DNA of 64,000 bases from a virus (taxonomy: Duplodnaviria > Caudoviricetes). The notes beneath the pieces are model-generated. The model was not told the DNA's origin. It did not search any database and saw only the letters and a list, made by a program, of their open reading frames with translations. The translations under genes were made by a program, and so were the position numbers. Positions 51,365 to 60,081 of the stretch are shown here, one piece after another. The first letter of the stretch is position 1, and every line of letters starts with the position of its first letter. Location: positions 50,785-114,784 of the IMG/VR virus record IMGVR_UViG_3300003962_000013; one strand, written 5' to 3'.

Positions 51365-51771
51365 TATGCAAAAGATATTTGGACTTGATCAGTAATTCCA
51401 GTATTAATTATACTATAATATAATTGAACTTCTATTTCGTTATTATCAGGATTTTGTAAAATATTTAATTTATCTATTTTTATATTTGTAAAATATTGAC
51501 CTAATAATGCTTGGATATTTTCTTTTAAACCATCTAAATTGTCTGAGGATATCTGTTCAAAAATAAAGGATCTTAAATCAGCTCCAAATTGATTATTTAA
51601 ATATCTTTCTGTTTTATTAGTTAAAAAGAAATTTAATAAATTATTTCGTATAGCATTTTGAGTAGTATAAGTAGAAAAGAAAACAGAAGGAGCATTAAAA
51701 GGAATAGAAATACCTACAGCTGTACCTGGTTTCTGGTCAATGGGAAATATTTTTTTAGCTCCGAATGCCAT
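51364..51771 (-). CDS. Baseplate gp25-like protein
   Basis: NLLNFFLTNKTERY….FGADLRSFIFE. Confidence 0.85.
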   Translation of the reverse strand: MAFGAKKIFPIDQKPGTAVGISIPFNAPSVFFSTYTTQNAIRNNLLNFFLTNKTERYLNNQFGADLRSFIFEQISSDNLDGLKENIQALLGQYFTNIKIDKLNILQNPDNNEIEVQLYYSIINTGITDQVQISFA

Positions 51772-52139
51772 TATTTATTTATTAAACTCATTATTTGATC
51801 TAAACCAACTTGCCCTCCAGGTAATGAGCTTCCTTCAGACATAGTATTTACAGGTCCATTAACTTTAAATTCACCATCAAATCCAGATTTAGGACCTTGA
51901 GCCATATCATCTAAAATATCCATGTAAGCTTTTTTAGCATCGACTGGAGATTTTGGTTGTTGGTGAGGTATAGAATTTGAATTAAAACTAATTGTTCTAG
52001 TATCTTCACTTCCTCTATACGATTCTGTAATAGGTTGTTTGTTAGCACGGACTGCTTCTAAAAGAATATCTTTGAATTCTTCGCGGAATGCTTCTTTTAC
52101 TGCTTCTTTTAATAGGTTTTTAAGTTCTGATGGTTTCAT
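51771..52139 (-). CDS. Hypothetical protein
   Basis: MKPSELKNLLKEAV N-terminus. Confidence 0.6.
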   Translation of the reverse strand: MKPSELKNLLKEAVKEAFREEFKDILLEAVRANKQPITESYRGSEDTRTISFNSNSIPHQQPKSPVDAKKAYMDILDDMAQGPKSGFDGEFKVNGPVNTMSEGSSLPGGQVGLDQIMSLINK

Positions 52140-52157
52140 TTGTTATAAATATTATAA

Positions 52158-52967
52158 TTATAAAGCTTTTAAATTATTTGAATCAATAATTAGTTTAAGT
52201 TCTTCAATTAATACTTCAGGAGTAGTGGTAAAAGATAATGGAGTTTTAAGTAAAACAATACCATTAGGATTTAAAGCTACTGCCTGTCTTCTACTAACTG
52301 TTGGAGAGAACTGTTCTTCTCTTATTTCCAAAGTAAATCCTTCATATATTTGTTCAACTGAATTATTTTGGATTTGGTTTTGCTGTTGATCTAATTGTTG
52401 TAAATATGGATTAATTTCTGTTGTTGGGGTAGCACCACATTGTTTTAAATATTGATCAATTGATTTAAAAATATTAATTAATTTAACTAAAATTGAGTTA
52501 ACATAATCTAATGCTGATTTTAAAGATGTTATTATATTTTTAGTATTAGTTATTTTAGGATTTACAAAATCAATTAAATCTTTCAAAGTATTTACAGCTG
52601 CTGGAAGTGTACCTGGTACACCAGGATATACTAAAGGAATCATAGATGTATTTGCAACTATACGAGCTACATTTGTTACTTGTAATGAAGTAGATAAAAC
52701 ATCAACAGTCGGAATTAAAACATCTAAAGGTTTAGATAATTTTTCTATTAAATTAGAAGTAGTGTTTAGTTTATCTATTAATAAGTTTCTTAATTCTAGT
52801 ATTTTATTTAACTCGTCAGAAGGTAAACAAGAGTTAGGAAATTTAACATTTGGAGTACCTATATTTTCTATTCCTGTTTGAGTAGCAATCTGAATAATTT
52901 GGGGAATTAATTGATTTATTAATTCTTGTCCTTTATTAACCATTAAAAGAGGTATCTTACTTTCCAT
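52158..52967 (-). CDS. Hypothetical helical virion protein
   Basis: 269 aa in the baseplate module. Confidence 0.55.
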   Translation of the reverse strand: MESKIPLLMVNKGQELINQLIPQIIQIATQTGIENIGTPNVKFPNSCLPSDELNKILELRNLLIDKLNTTSNLIEKLSKPLDVLIPTVDVLSTSLQVTNVARIVANTSMIPLVYPGVPGTLPAAVNTLKDLIDFVNPKITNTKNIITSLKSALDYVNSILVKLINIFKSIDQYLKQCGATPTTEINPYLQQLDQQQNQIQNNSVEQIYEGFTLEIREEQFSPTVSRRQAVALNPNGIVLLKTPLSFTTTPEVLIEELKLIIDSNNLKAL

Positions 52968-53611
52968 TATAATGAGGTTTTAGTTAAGTTAACACCACTT
53001 TGTTGTTGTTGATTTTTTTTCTGTTGAGCTAATGTTTGATTATTAACTTGAACAGCATTAGGAACAACTGTTGGGGCTTCATATGGGATAAATAAATTAG
53101 CATTTCTTCTACCAAATACTAAAGGATCATTATATTCTTGTTTTCCTGGAGTAGATCTTTGAGGCCATTTAGGAGTAATAGCTCTATAATCTTGATATGC
53201 TTGCCAATATTCAACATATGAATTGTATCCCTCAATTGTTAAGCTTTTTTTCATTTCAGAAATACTCAAATATTCATCTTTAATTCTAGTATCTTCAGTA
53301 GATACATTAGTAATTGGGGGAGATAAATTTGGGTATTTTTTAGATAAAGATTCTCTTAATATTCTAACATAATCTCTAATAACTGGTCCTACATCAATAA
53401 ATAAAGTATTTTCAAAATTTTTAATTAAATCTGGTTTTGATGGTTGTCCATAAGCATTTTTACTATCAGAAGAATATGATGGTTTAGCTGCGTTTACAGT
53501 AGGATCAATAGCTCCATATGTTGACTTAATTTCATTAAGTAATTTATAATAATCTTCAAATGAAAAATTATTTCTAGATTTAACATCTGTTATAGTAAAT
53601 GGAGCTGCCAT
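52967..53611 (-). CDS. Hypothetical protein
   Basis: 214 aa ORF coupled to its neighbours. Confidence 0.55.
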   Translation of the reverse strand: MAAPFTITDVKSRNNFSFEDYYKLLNEIKSTYGAIDPTVNAAKPSYSSDSKNAYGQPSKPDLIKNFENTLFIDVGPVIRDYVRILRESLSKKYPNLSPPITNVSTEDTRIKDEYLSISEMKKSLTIEGYNSYVEYWQAYQDYRAITPKWPQRSTPGKQEYNDPLVFGRRNANLFIPYEAPTVVPNAVQVNNQTLAQQKKNQQQQSGVNLTKTSL

Positions 53612-54858
53612 TATAATGTAAAATTACGTTTTGAAGTTAATGCACCTGAATTTATTTGATCTTCTAAAGTTTTAATAGAGGTTTGTACCTTACTCATGGC
53701 AACAGGTAAACTAGGAAAAGATGCTGCTGAATATGGGGCAACAGGAGCTGATTGTAAATTTTTTAATACATCAGAAATATCTTTTATAGCTGCTAATATA
53801 TTTTTCATTAAATCGACTGTTGTGTTCCCTAACATTAAAGGTTGATTTGCGAGTTCTTCTTTTCCTAAAAATATTTTATCTGCTTGAGTTATGAATTTTT
53901 TAGTATCTATATTTACTGACTCTACAGAATTAAGATTTATTGATTTAGCTGCACTTAGTAATAAATGATCATCTACAGAATTAAAAACTAACCTACCCGA
54001 ATTTAATATTATTTGTTTACCACTATATTTACTAGGTGAAATTGGTGGTGTAGCATAACTCACATAACTATCACTAGATATTTTTATAGGGATTTGTTGA
54101 GTACTAGTTAAATATATGGATGAATCATTATTATTTATATTTTCAACAATTGGAATCCAACCTTCTTCAGATTGAATACCTTGACCATTTCTTAATATAA
54201 AAATAGGATCTCCATCTTCACCAGTACTTGACCAATTATTTGGGGTATTTTTAACTGTACTTCCTAAACGTATTGAATTTCCCCATCTACCTTCATATAT
54301 AATATCTCCTTCAAAAGGTAATAATGGGTGTATATTTGATCTTTCTTTAAATGTTTTACCTAAAAATATTTCAGTTGATTCATCCGTAACTCTTCTAACG
54401 CTTCCTGCTTGGGTTTGTTCATAATCTTTCTTTTGAGTAGGAGGAAGAGAAGTAGAATCAAGTGGATATCCATTATGATGAGGATGGTTCCACAAACTAA
54501 CAATGTTTAGATAATAGTTTTTTACTTTAACATTTGAAACTCCTATAGAAGTACTAGGAAGAGATAATATATATACTATTTCATTTACTAATGGGAATGC
54601 TTTAGAATTAGTATTAAGAGGATATGCTATCGCAGAACCATCTGGTTGAGTTGGAGATTTTACTAATTCATATTCTATAACTCCTATAGCATTCCATTCT
54701 CCCAATTCTTTAAATCTAGGATGAGTTTCATCTAAAACTATACTAATTACTCTAACCGCTGTTAAAGTTTGATTTGAATCTAAATTATTAAGTAGAGCAA
54801 CATTATTTGATGATCTTGAATTTAGATTTTTATTTAAAGCATTAAACCCATAGTCCAT
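53611..54858 (-). CDS. Putative baseplate hub/spike (gp5-like)
   Basis: FPLVNEIVYI OB-like region; EGRWGNSIRLGS; QIILNSGRLVFNS beta-strand repeats. Confidence 0.55.
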   Translation of the reverse strand: MDYGFNALNKNLNSRSSNNVALLNNLDSNQTLTAVRVISIVLDETHPRFKELGEWNAIGVIEYELVKSPTQPDGSAIAYPLNTNSKAFPLVNEIVYILSLPSTSIGVSNVKVKNYYLNIVSLWNHPHHNGYPLDSTSLPPTQKKDYEQTQAGSVRRVTDESTEIFLGKTFKERSNIHPLLPFEGDIIYEGRWGNSIRLGSTVKNTPNNWSSTGEDGDPIFILRNGQGIQSEEGWIPIVENINNNDSSIYLTSTQQIPIKISSDSYVSYATPPISPSKYSGKQIILNSGRLVFNSVDDHLLLSAAKSINLNSVESVNIDTKKFITQADKIFLGKEELANQPLMLGNTTVDLMKNILAAIKDISDVLKNLQSAPVAPYSAASFPSLPVAMSKVQTSIKTLEDQINSGALTSKRNFTL

Positions 54859-54860
54859 TA

Positions 54861-55205
54861 TTAAGGTTTTTTATTCAATTTGTTTATATCATTTAATAAT
54901 TGGGCTTTTTCTTCCTCAGATATATTAAATCCATTATCTGAGTTGGAAGAATTTCCAGTTGCAATGCAACGTTGAATGATGGTAGCCATTTTAATCAATT
55001 GTTCATCATTTTTAACTCCAATTTCTAGATATTCTTTTAAAAGAGGAACAATCAATGTTGCATCACCTATATCATTTATCATAGGTTTTAATTCATCAAT
55101 TAAAGATGAAATTTGTTTTTCTTTTTTCTTTTGATTATTATATATTTCTTGGAATAAATCTTTTAATTTTTTATCACCAAATATGTTAGATTCTAAATTA
55201 TCCAT
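54861..55205 (-). CDS. Conserved helical hypothetical protein
   Basis: KEYLEIGVKNDEQLIKMA. Confidence 0.6.
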   Translation of the reverse strand: MDNLESNIFGDKKLKDLFQEIYNNQKKKEKQISSLIDELKPMINDIGDATLIVPLLKEYLEIGVKNDEQLIKMATIIQRCIATGNSSNSDNGFNISEEEKAQLLNDINKLNKKP

Positions 55206-55243
55206 GTTATATAAATATTTATTTATTATAAATACTAAACGTT

Positions 55244-56119
55244 TTAAAACTTTATATATCCATTTTCTAAATAAAAAATATAACCAGTTCTATATATGTC
55301 GTAAAGTTCTTCAGCTATTTTGGTTATCTTAGGTGTTTTAACTTCTATCATCTCTCGTATATAGATGTATAATGCTTTTTTATTAAATATAACTAAATTT
55401 TCTCTCTTTCTAAATAATTCCAATATAGCATCTGCTATTTTAGCATCTATTTCTTTTGGGAATAATTTTTCGATATTATTAGTGCAATGATCTATATATA
55501 AGTCCATAAATAATGACATTTTATCATTATTATTTAATTTATCACTGGGTGAATTGTTTTCTTCTATTGAATATGAGAATGAATTGTCTTCCTCAATACT
55601 TGATACTGGAGTTGAATTAATGCGTTTTTTATAATTTGTTTCATTATATAAGATTAACCAACGTTTAACTATAGTACCAAAATATGAATATGCTTTTGGA
55701 GGGGTTAGTTTTTTTAACTTTTCCATACATTTATCTGATACATTTAACATCAAAAGAAATTGATCTATTTGAGATTGAGTTACCGAATGAGCATCATTTG
55801 TGTAATTAATGAAATTTAATTCATATGATTCTTTAAATTCTGTTACTATAATTTTGTTTAATCTATCATGAATATTTCTACTATGATGGTATAGATGAAC
55901 TTTAGATAACAAAAATATTATAATTTCATGTTGTAAATCTTCTATATTTTCAACTTCTGTATAATAAAATTTAAAAGTATGAATTATATTCTGAGTAAGT
56001 TTAAAGAAAGCATGATGGATTTTTTCATCATATATTTTACTTTTTTCTGCAGGATCATTACTTAGATTATACTGTATTATAGCTTGTTCAGTATCATTAG
56101 TGAAATAATTTTTAGACAT
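55244..56119 (-). CDS. Putative phage sigma factor (gp55-like)
   Basis: NYFTNDTEQAI…KLTQNII…EDLQHE…KAYSYFGTIVKRWLI resembles sigma region 2. Confidence 0.6.
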   Translation of the reverse strand: MSKNYFTNDTEQAIIQYNLSNDPAEKSKIYDEKIHHAFFKLTQNIIHTFKFYYTEVENIEDLQHEIIIFLLSKVHLYHHSRNIHDRLNKIIVTEFKESYELNFINYTNDAHSVTQSQIDQFLLMLNVSDKCMEKLKKLTPPKAYSYFGTIVKRWLILYNETNYKKRINSTPVSSIEEDNSFSYSIEENNSPSDKLNNNDKMSLFMDLYIDHCTNNIEKLFPKEIDAKIADAILELFRKRENLVIFNKKALYIYIREMIEVKTPKITKIAEELYDIYRTGYIFYLENGYIKF

Positions 56120-56130
56120 ATTCGGTGTAA

Positions 56131-56403
56131 TTATTGTTGTATTTTAAAATCATTTAATAATTCTTGAAGAATTTTTATTTGTTTAAAGAAAAATCCTACT
56201 TCATCATCTCCTTCAAATGATCCTTTAGCATCTATTTCTTTTAATTTAGTATCTGAATATGAAAGGGTTTTTGATATATTAGATATGTAAGTTTCATATT
56301 CTAAAATAATATCTTCACATTTTTCATTTTTTTTAAGAAGATTACGTATAATCCAAGCTAATACGATGATTATACATGATAAAATAATTAAAGCTATTTC
56401 CAT
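56131..56403 (-). CDS. Small membrane-anchored protein
   Basis: N-terminal TM helix; FEGDDEVGFFF. Confidence 0.6.
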   Translation of the reverse strand: MEIALIILSCIIIVLAWIIRNLLKKNEKCEDIILEYETYISNISKTLSYSDTKLKEIDAKGSFEGDDEVGFFFKQIKILQELLNDFKIQQ

Positions 56404-56429
56404 TTGTTATATAATTTAAATTTTAAGGT

Positions 56430-56459
56430 TAAAAAAGGGTGTGAATTTTTTCACACCCT
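56430..56459 (-). terminator. Intrinsic terminator
   Basis: AGGGTGTGAA-AAAA-TTCACACCCT followed by a T-run. Confidence 0.8.
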
Positions 56460-56479
56460 GTACTATAAATTTATTAAAA

Positions 56480-57277
56480 TTATTTAGTATCTGCGAAAAA
56501 ATCTCCTATTACATTTTTCAATCCTTCACTTTTTATACTTCCAAGAGCTGCTGTTTTTATTGCTGGCTTTTTAGTTTTAGGTGAATTATTATTCAATGTA
56601 GTGAGGTTTTTTTCATCATCCAAACTAGATTTAAATTTATGAAACCATTCTCTTTCAAATTCGATTCTGGAAGCTAAAAAATCTGCTTGATGAACAATTA
56701 ATGGTAAAGAACAACGTAATTTTTGACCTGGTAGCCACCCCATTAAATATGGTTTGTTAGATTCATCATATATACCATCATGTAACTTAATTGCTAACAT
56801 TTCATTTTTAGTATATTCTATTCCATGAGTCTGAAGTAAATATAAACTTCGATCAGGAACAGTCATAAATTCTAATTCTGTATTGAATAAATAATCTTCT
56901 CCAAGTTTTTCTTTACGCCATTGATCTGTTTGTGGTAAATAGGCTTCATGTTCTTCACTACCCATTTTACCTAAATCGTGATTTAAAGCTGAAAAGACTA
57001 ATTCTTCTTCTGTATAATTTAATTCAACACCCATACTAACCCAAACATTGTTAAGATTAATGGCTGCTTTTACAACACGATTGACATGTTCAACATATCC
57101 TCCTGGAAAAGCATTATGGTATTCTTTTTTGTGGGATGCAGGCATCAAAATAATTCTTTCCTGATATTTGGAATAGAAATCTTTTAATTTAGTTTTACGA
57201 GGTTCTGAGATGTATTTATCTATGTATCCGATAAATGTATCCCAATTTTCTTGGATTTGTTCTGCTGATAATTTCAT
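56480..57277 (-). CDS. HD-domain phosphohydrolase
   Basis: PAS…YHNAFPGGYVEH; HDLGKMG; HDG; HQAD. Confidence 0.88.
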   Translation of the reverse strand: MKLSAEQIQENWDTFIGYIDKYISEPRKTKLKDFYSKYQERIILMPASHKKEYHNAFPGGYVEHVNRVVKAAINLNNVWVSMGVELNYTEEELVFSALNHDLGKMGSEEHEAYLPQTDQWRKEKLGEDYLFNTELEFMTVPDRSLYLLQTHGIEYTKNEMLAIKLHDGIYDESNKPYLMGWLPGQKLRCSLPLIVHQADFLASRIEFEREWFHKFKSSLDDEKNLTTLNNNSPKTKKPAIKTAALGSIKSEGLKNVIGDFFADTK

Positions 57278-57297
57278 AACTGATTGAGGTTAAATTA

Positions 57298-57492
57298 TTA
57301 ATAAGAGTTTAATTCATTTCCCATAATAGGTTCATTTTCTATATAGGTTTTAATTTGAGCTAGTTGTTCATTAATTGATTCGATTGTTTGAAAACAACCA
57401 TCTCTATCTCCTCTATTAAGAAACATGTTTAGTTTGTTTAAATTAGAATCTATGTTATCTAATTTTTTAAGTGTTGCATCTCTGTGCTTCAT
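57298..57492 (-). CDS. Small hypothetical protein
   Basis: 64 aa, downstream of a sigma70-like promoter. Confidence 0.55.
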   Translation of the reverse strand: MKHRDATLKKLDNIDSNLNKLNMFLNRGDRDGCFQTIESINEQLAQIKTYIENEPIMGNELNSY

Positions 57493-57595
57493 TGTCTATA
57501 ATTGTTTTTTTGATTTATACTATTGAATGTTATTTACCCCCGGTATCATCTCACCCCTTTCCCTTATCCCTTTATTCTTCAAAACCCGTATTTCC

Positions 57596-57624
57596 AATAT
57601 ACATTTGGGAGAGAAAAAATCCAA
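57596..57624 (-). promoter_or_regulatory. Sigma70-like promoter
   Basis: TTGGAT-N17-TATATT. Confidence 0.6.
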
Positions 57625-57625
57625 G

Positions 57626-58051
57626 TTAAGATTGAAAACTTTTTAATCTTTCTAAAATGTTAAATAATAGTCCACATTTTTCATATTCTTCTTTAGATTC
57701 AAAAAAAGTTATTGCTACTTTTAAATTATTCATGAATTCATCTGAGTATTTTTCTTTGATGCATTCAGTATGGAAGGAATTATTTACATCTATGTTTTTT
57801 ATATATCCCCATGCTTTTTCAAACATTAAATATTCTCCAGCTTTTTCAATATCCTCTAAATTTAGTTCAGATTTTAAATTATCAAATATATGTTTAGTAT
57901 ATTCTTTAAAAAACTTTTTATTATTCAATATTTTATTGAATCCTCCAATCCAATATAATGGGTGTGAGGAAAAATCTATCAATAATGAAGTTTCTTCATC
58001 TTCAGGTTCTATATTATTAGAAAATATGTTAAATATTTTATTTAAATCCAT
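57626..58051 (-). CDS. Hypothetical protein with UVR-like C-terminus
   Basis: FFESKEEYEKC. Confidence 0.6.
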   Translation of the reverse strand: MDLNKIFNIFSNNIEPEDEETSLLIDFSSHPLYWIGGFNKILNNKKFFKEYTKHIFDNLKSELNLEDIEKAGEYLMFEKAWGYIKNIDVNNSFHTECIKEKYSDEFMNNLKVAITFFESKEEYEKCGLLFNILERLKSFQS

Positions 58052-58163
58052 TTTAAAAATATGAAAAAATGTTTTTAAAAAATTATCTATTTAAGTAATT
58101 AAATTTTATTATATAATAAATTAAAATTGATTAAAAATATTAAATTTTTTATTAATTATGGGT

Positions 58164-58192
58164 AATATAATATAAATATATAATGATTCCAA
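58164..58192 (-). promoter_or_regulatory. Sigma70-like promoter
   Basis: TTGGAA-N17-TATATT. Confidence 0.55.
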
Positions 58193-58252
58193 ATTATGTG
58201 GGGGAAACCCTCACATAAAATGGAATCAAAAATAAAATTAATTAATTAAAAT

Positions 58253-58465
58253 TTATTCGAAAAGTAAACTAAACATAGTTTCTAATGGATGGGAAAGAAG
58301 AGTTAAAATATTATATACTCCCATAGTAATAAAAGGAGTTATAAATAACCCAAATATGTTTAAGTAACCAAAATTAGTAATACCAAATACGTTAGTCACT
58401 AATAAGATTGTAGAAATTACAAATACTATAATTGTAAATATCTTTGGAAGAGTTAAATTTTTCAT
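58253..58465 (-). CDS. Small membrane protein
   Basis: 70 aa, two hydrophobic helices; TTGGAT-N17-TATGTT upstream at 58490..58518. Confidence 0.55.
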   Translation of the reverse strand: MKNLTLPKIFTIIVFVISTILLVTNVFGITNFGYLNIFGLFITPFITMGVYNILTLLSHPLETMFSLLFE

Positions 58466-58546
58466 ATCTTTTATTTTTTAATTTGCTTAAACATATGTTA
58501 AAAAATCTTGTAATCCAAATAAATTATCAGAAATTTAGTTAATTTC

Positions 58547-59056
58547 TTAAAACATTAAATATGGTTGCCAACTTTCAACATCCTTATGTGATTTATAAAT
58601 AAAATATATAGGATGTGGTTTTGATGGTCTAAATAACAATTTCATTCCTGCTTGTTCTGGAGTTCTATCTCCTTTTTTAGCATTACATGAAAAACAACAT
58701 GTTATTAAATTTTCCCAGGTATTAGATCCTCCTTTAGATTTAGGAATAATATGGTCAACAGTTAAATTTTTAGTAGATGGACAATAAGCACATTTGTGTT
58801 CATCTCTTTTAAATATATTTTCTCTTGATAAAACTACTTTTCTATAAGGAATATTTACATATTTAATTAAACGAATAACTGATGGTTTAACATATTTATT
58901 ATTTACTTTATATAAACCATCTTGTTCAACTATTTCTGCTTTTCCTTTATAAATTAATTTATATGCTTTTTTGAATGTAGTTACATTTACAGGTAAATAG
59001 TCTGAATTCAATACTAATATCTTAGTTAAATCCTTATTTATTCTATGTATCCGCAT
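58547..59056 (-). CDS. HNH endonuclease (McrA-like)
   Basis: LVLNSDY; IFKRDEHKCAYC; TVDHIIPKSKGG; CNAKKGDRTP. Confidence 0.9.
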   Translation of the reverse strand: MRIHRINKDLTKILVLNSDYLPVNVTTFKKAYKLIYKGKAEIVEQDGLYKVNNKYVKPSVIRLIKYVNIPYRKVVLSRENIFKRDEHKCAYCPSTKNLTVDHIIPKSKGGSNTWENLITCCFSCNAKKGDRTPEQAGMKLLFRPSKPHPIYFIYKSHKDVESWQPYLMF

Positions 59057-59072
59057 ATTATTTGTTTTTTAG

Positions 59073-59153
59073 TACTCCCTGCGAGAGTCGAACTCGCACG
59101 CCGTGGCAATGAGTCTTAAGCTCATCGTGTACTACCAGTTTCACCAAGGGAGC
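59073..59153 (-). tRNA. tRNA-Leu(TAA)
   Basis: Anticodon arm ATGAG-CTTAAGA-CTCAT; long variable arm. Confidence 0.9.
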
Positions 59154-59171
59154 ATTTATTATAAATATTTG

Positions 59172-59247
59172 TACCCAACGTGGGACTCGAACCCACAAAA
59201 AATTAGTTCCTAAGACTAACGCGTACTACCAGTTTCGCCAGTTGGGC
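59172..59247 (-). tRNA. tRNA-Leu(TAG)
   Basis: TTAGT-CTTAGGA-ACTAA; variable region is only T6. Confidence 0.85.
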
Positions 59248-59367
59248 ATTTTACACCCCACGCAAGGGGTGAGTGGGTTATTGCTCCTAGTTGTTACTTT
59301 TCACTCTTTTACATTTGCGCATGTATCGTTATTTTTCACTCAAAGCCGCATACCACTATAGCTATAG

Positions 59368-59440
59368 TACACCATATAGGATTTGAACCTATACCAAGAA
59401 GTTCGTAGCCTCCCATTCTATCCAGTTAAACTAACGGTGT
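59368..59440 (-). tRNA. tRNA-Arg(ACG)
   Basis: GGAGG-CTACGAA-CTTCT. Confidence 0.9.
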
Positions 59441-59446
59441 ATGTTG

Positions 59447-59521
59447 GGTGATAAGTGAGGATCGAACTCACAACCTCTTGTCTCACAAACAAGCGCTCTT
59501 ACCAATTGAGCTATTAACACC
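59447..59521 (-). tRNA. tRNA-His(GTG)
   Basis: CTTGT-TTGTGAG-ACAAG; encoded G-1:C73. Confidence 0.9.
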
Positions 59522-59526
59522 ATATG

Positions 59527-59600
59527 TTTTCCCCGGTGGATTCGAACCAAACCATCGTAATGTTCAAAGCATTACATCCTGCCAATTAGACGAGGGGAAA
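59527..59600 (-). tRNA. tRNA-Gln(TTG)
   Basis: TAATG-CTTTGAA-CATTA; bulged T stem. Confidence 0.85.
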
Positions 59601-59605
59601 ATATG

Positions 59606-59678
59606 AGGAGATAATTGGAATTGAACCAATCTAAACGGTTTTTGCAGACCGCCACTTTAGCCTCTCAGACATATCTCC
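59606..59678 (-). tRNA. tRNA-Cys(GCA)
   Basis: GCGGT-CTGCAAAA-ACCGT (8-nt loop as read); U73. Confidence 0.8.
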
Positions 59679-59683
59679 TTATG

Positions 59684-59756
59684 TACACTCTACCGGAATC
59701 GAACCGGTGACCTTGATGATATAAGCATCCTGCTCCCCCAATTGAGCTAAGAGTGT
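59684..59756 (-). tRNA. tRNA-Ile(TAT)
   Basis: GATG-CTTATAT-CATC. Confidence 0.88.
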
Positions 59757-59759
59757 ATT

Positions 59760-59835
59760 TGGAGCTTCCTACCGGATTCGAACCGATCGTATCTTGATTA
59801 CAAGTCAAGCGCAGCGCCATCTCTGCTTAAGAAGC
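59760..59835 (-). tRNA. tRNA-Thr(TGT)
   Basis: CTTGA-CTTGTAA-TCAAG; encoded CCA. Confidence 0.9.
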
Positions 59836-59840
59836 TTATG

Positions 59841-59914
59841 CGATCCATACCAGATTTGAACTGGTGATCTCCTACGTGACAGGCAGGCAGGGACGACCTC
59901 TCCCCTAATGGACC
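59841..59914 (-). tRNA. tRNA-Asp(GTC)
   Basis: CCTGC-CTGTCAC-GTAGG. Confidence 0.9.
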
Positions 59915-59923
59915 AATTTTATG

Positions 59924-60004
59924 AGCGGGTGAAAGGAATCGAACCTTCATCCCTAGTTTGGAAGACTAGTATAATATACTTTCGTGCCACTATACGACAC
60001 CCGC
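59924..60004 (-). tRNA. tRNA-Gly(TCC)
   Basis: CTAGT-CTTCCAA-ACTAG; enlarged D loop. Confidence 0.85.
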
Positions 60005-60007
60005 TTA

Positions 60008-60081
60008 TGGTACCTCTAGATAGAGTCGAACTATCTCGAATTGGATGTAAACCAATCATACTACCCTTATATGTTAGAGGC
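60008..60081 (-). tRNA. tRNA-Val(TAC)
   Basis: ATTGG-TTTACAT-CCAAT; encoded CCA. Confidence 0.88.

Noticed and set aside
58052-58252. Extremely AT-rich gap as a replication origin
   Set aside because: No iterons are visible, and the gap is largely explained by a promoter and a terminator-like hairpin.
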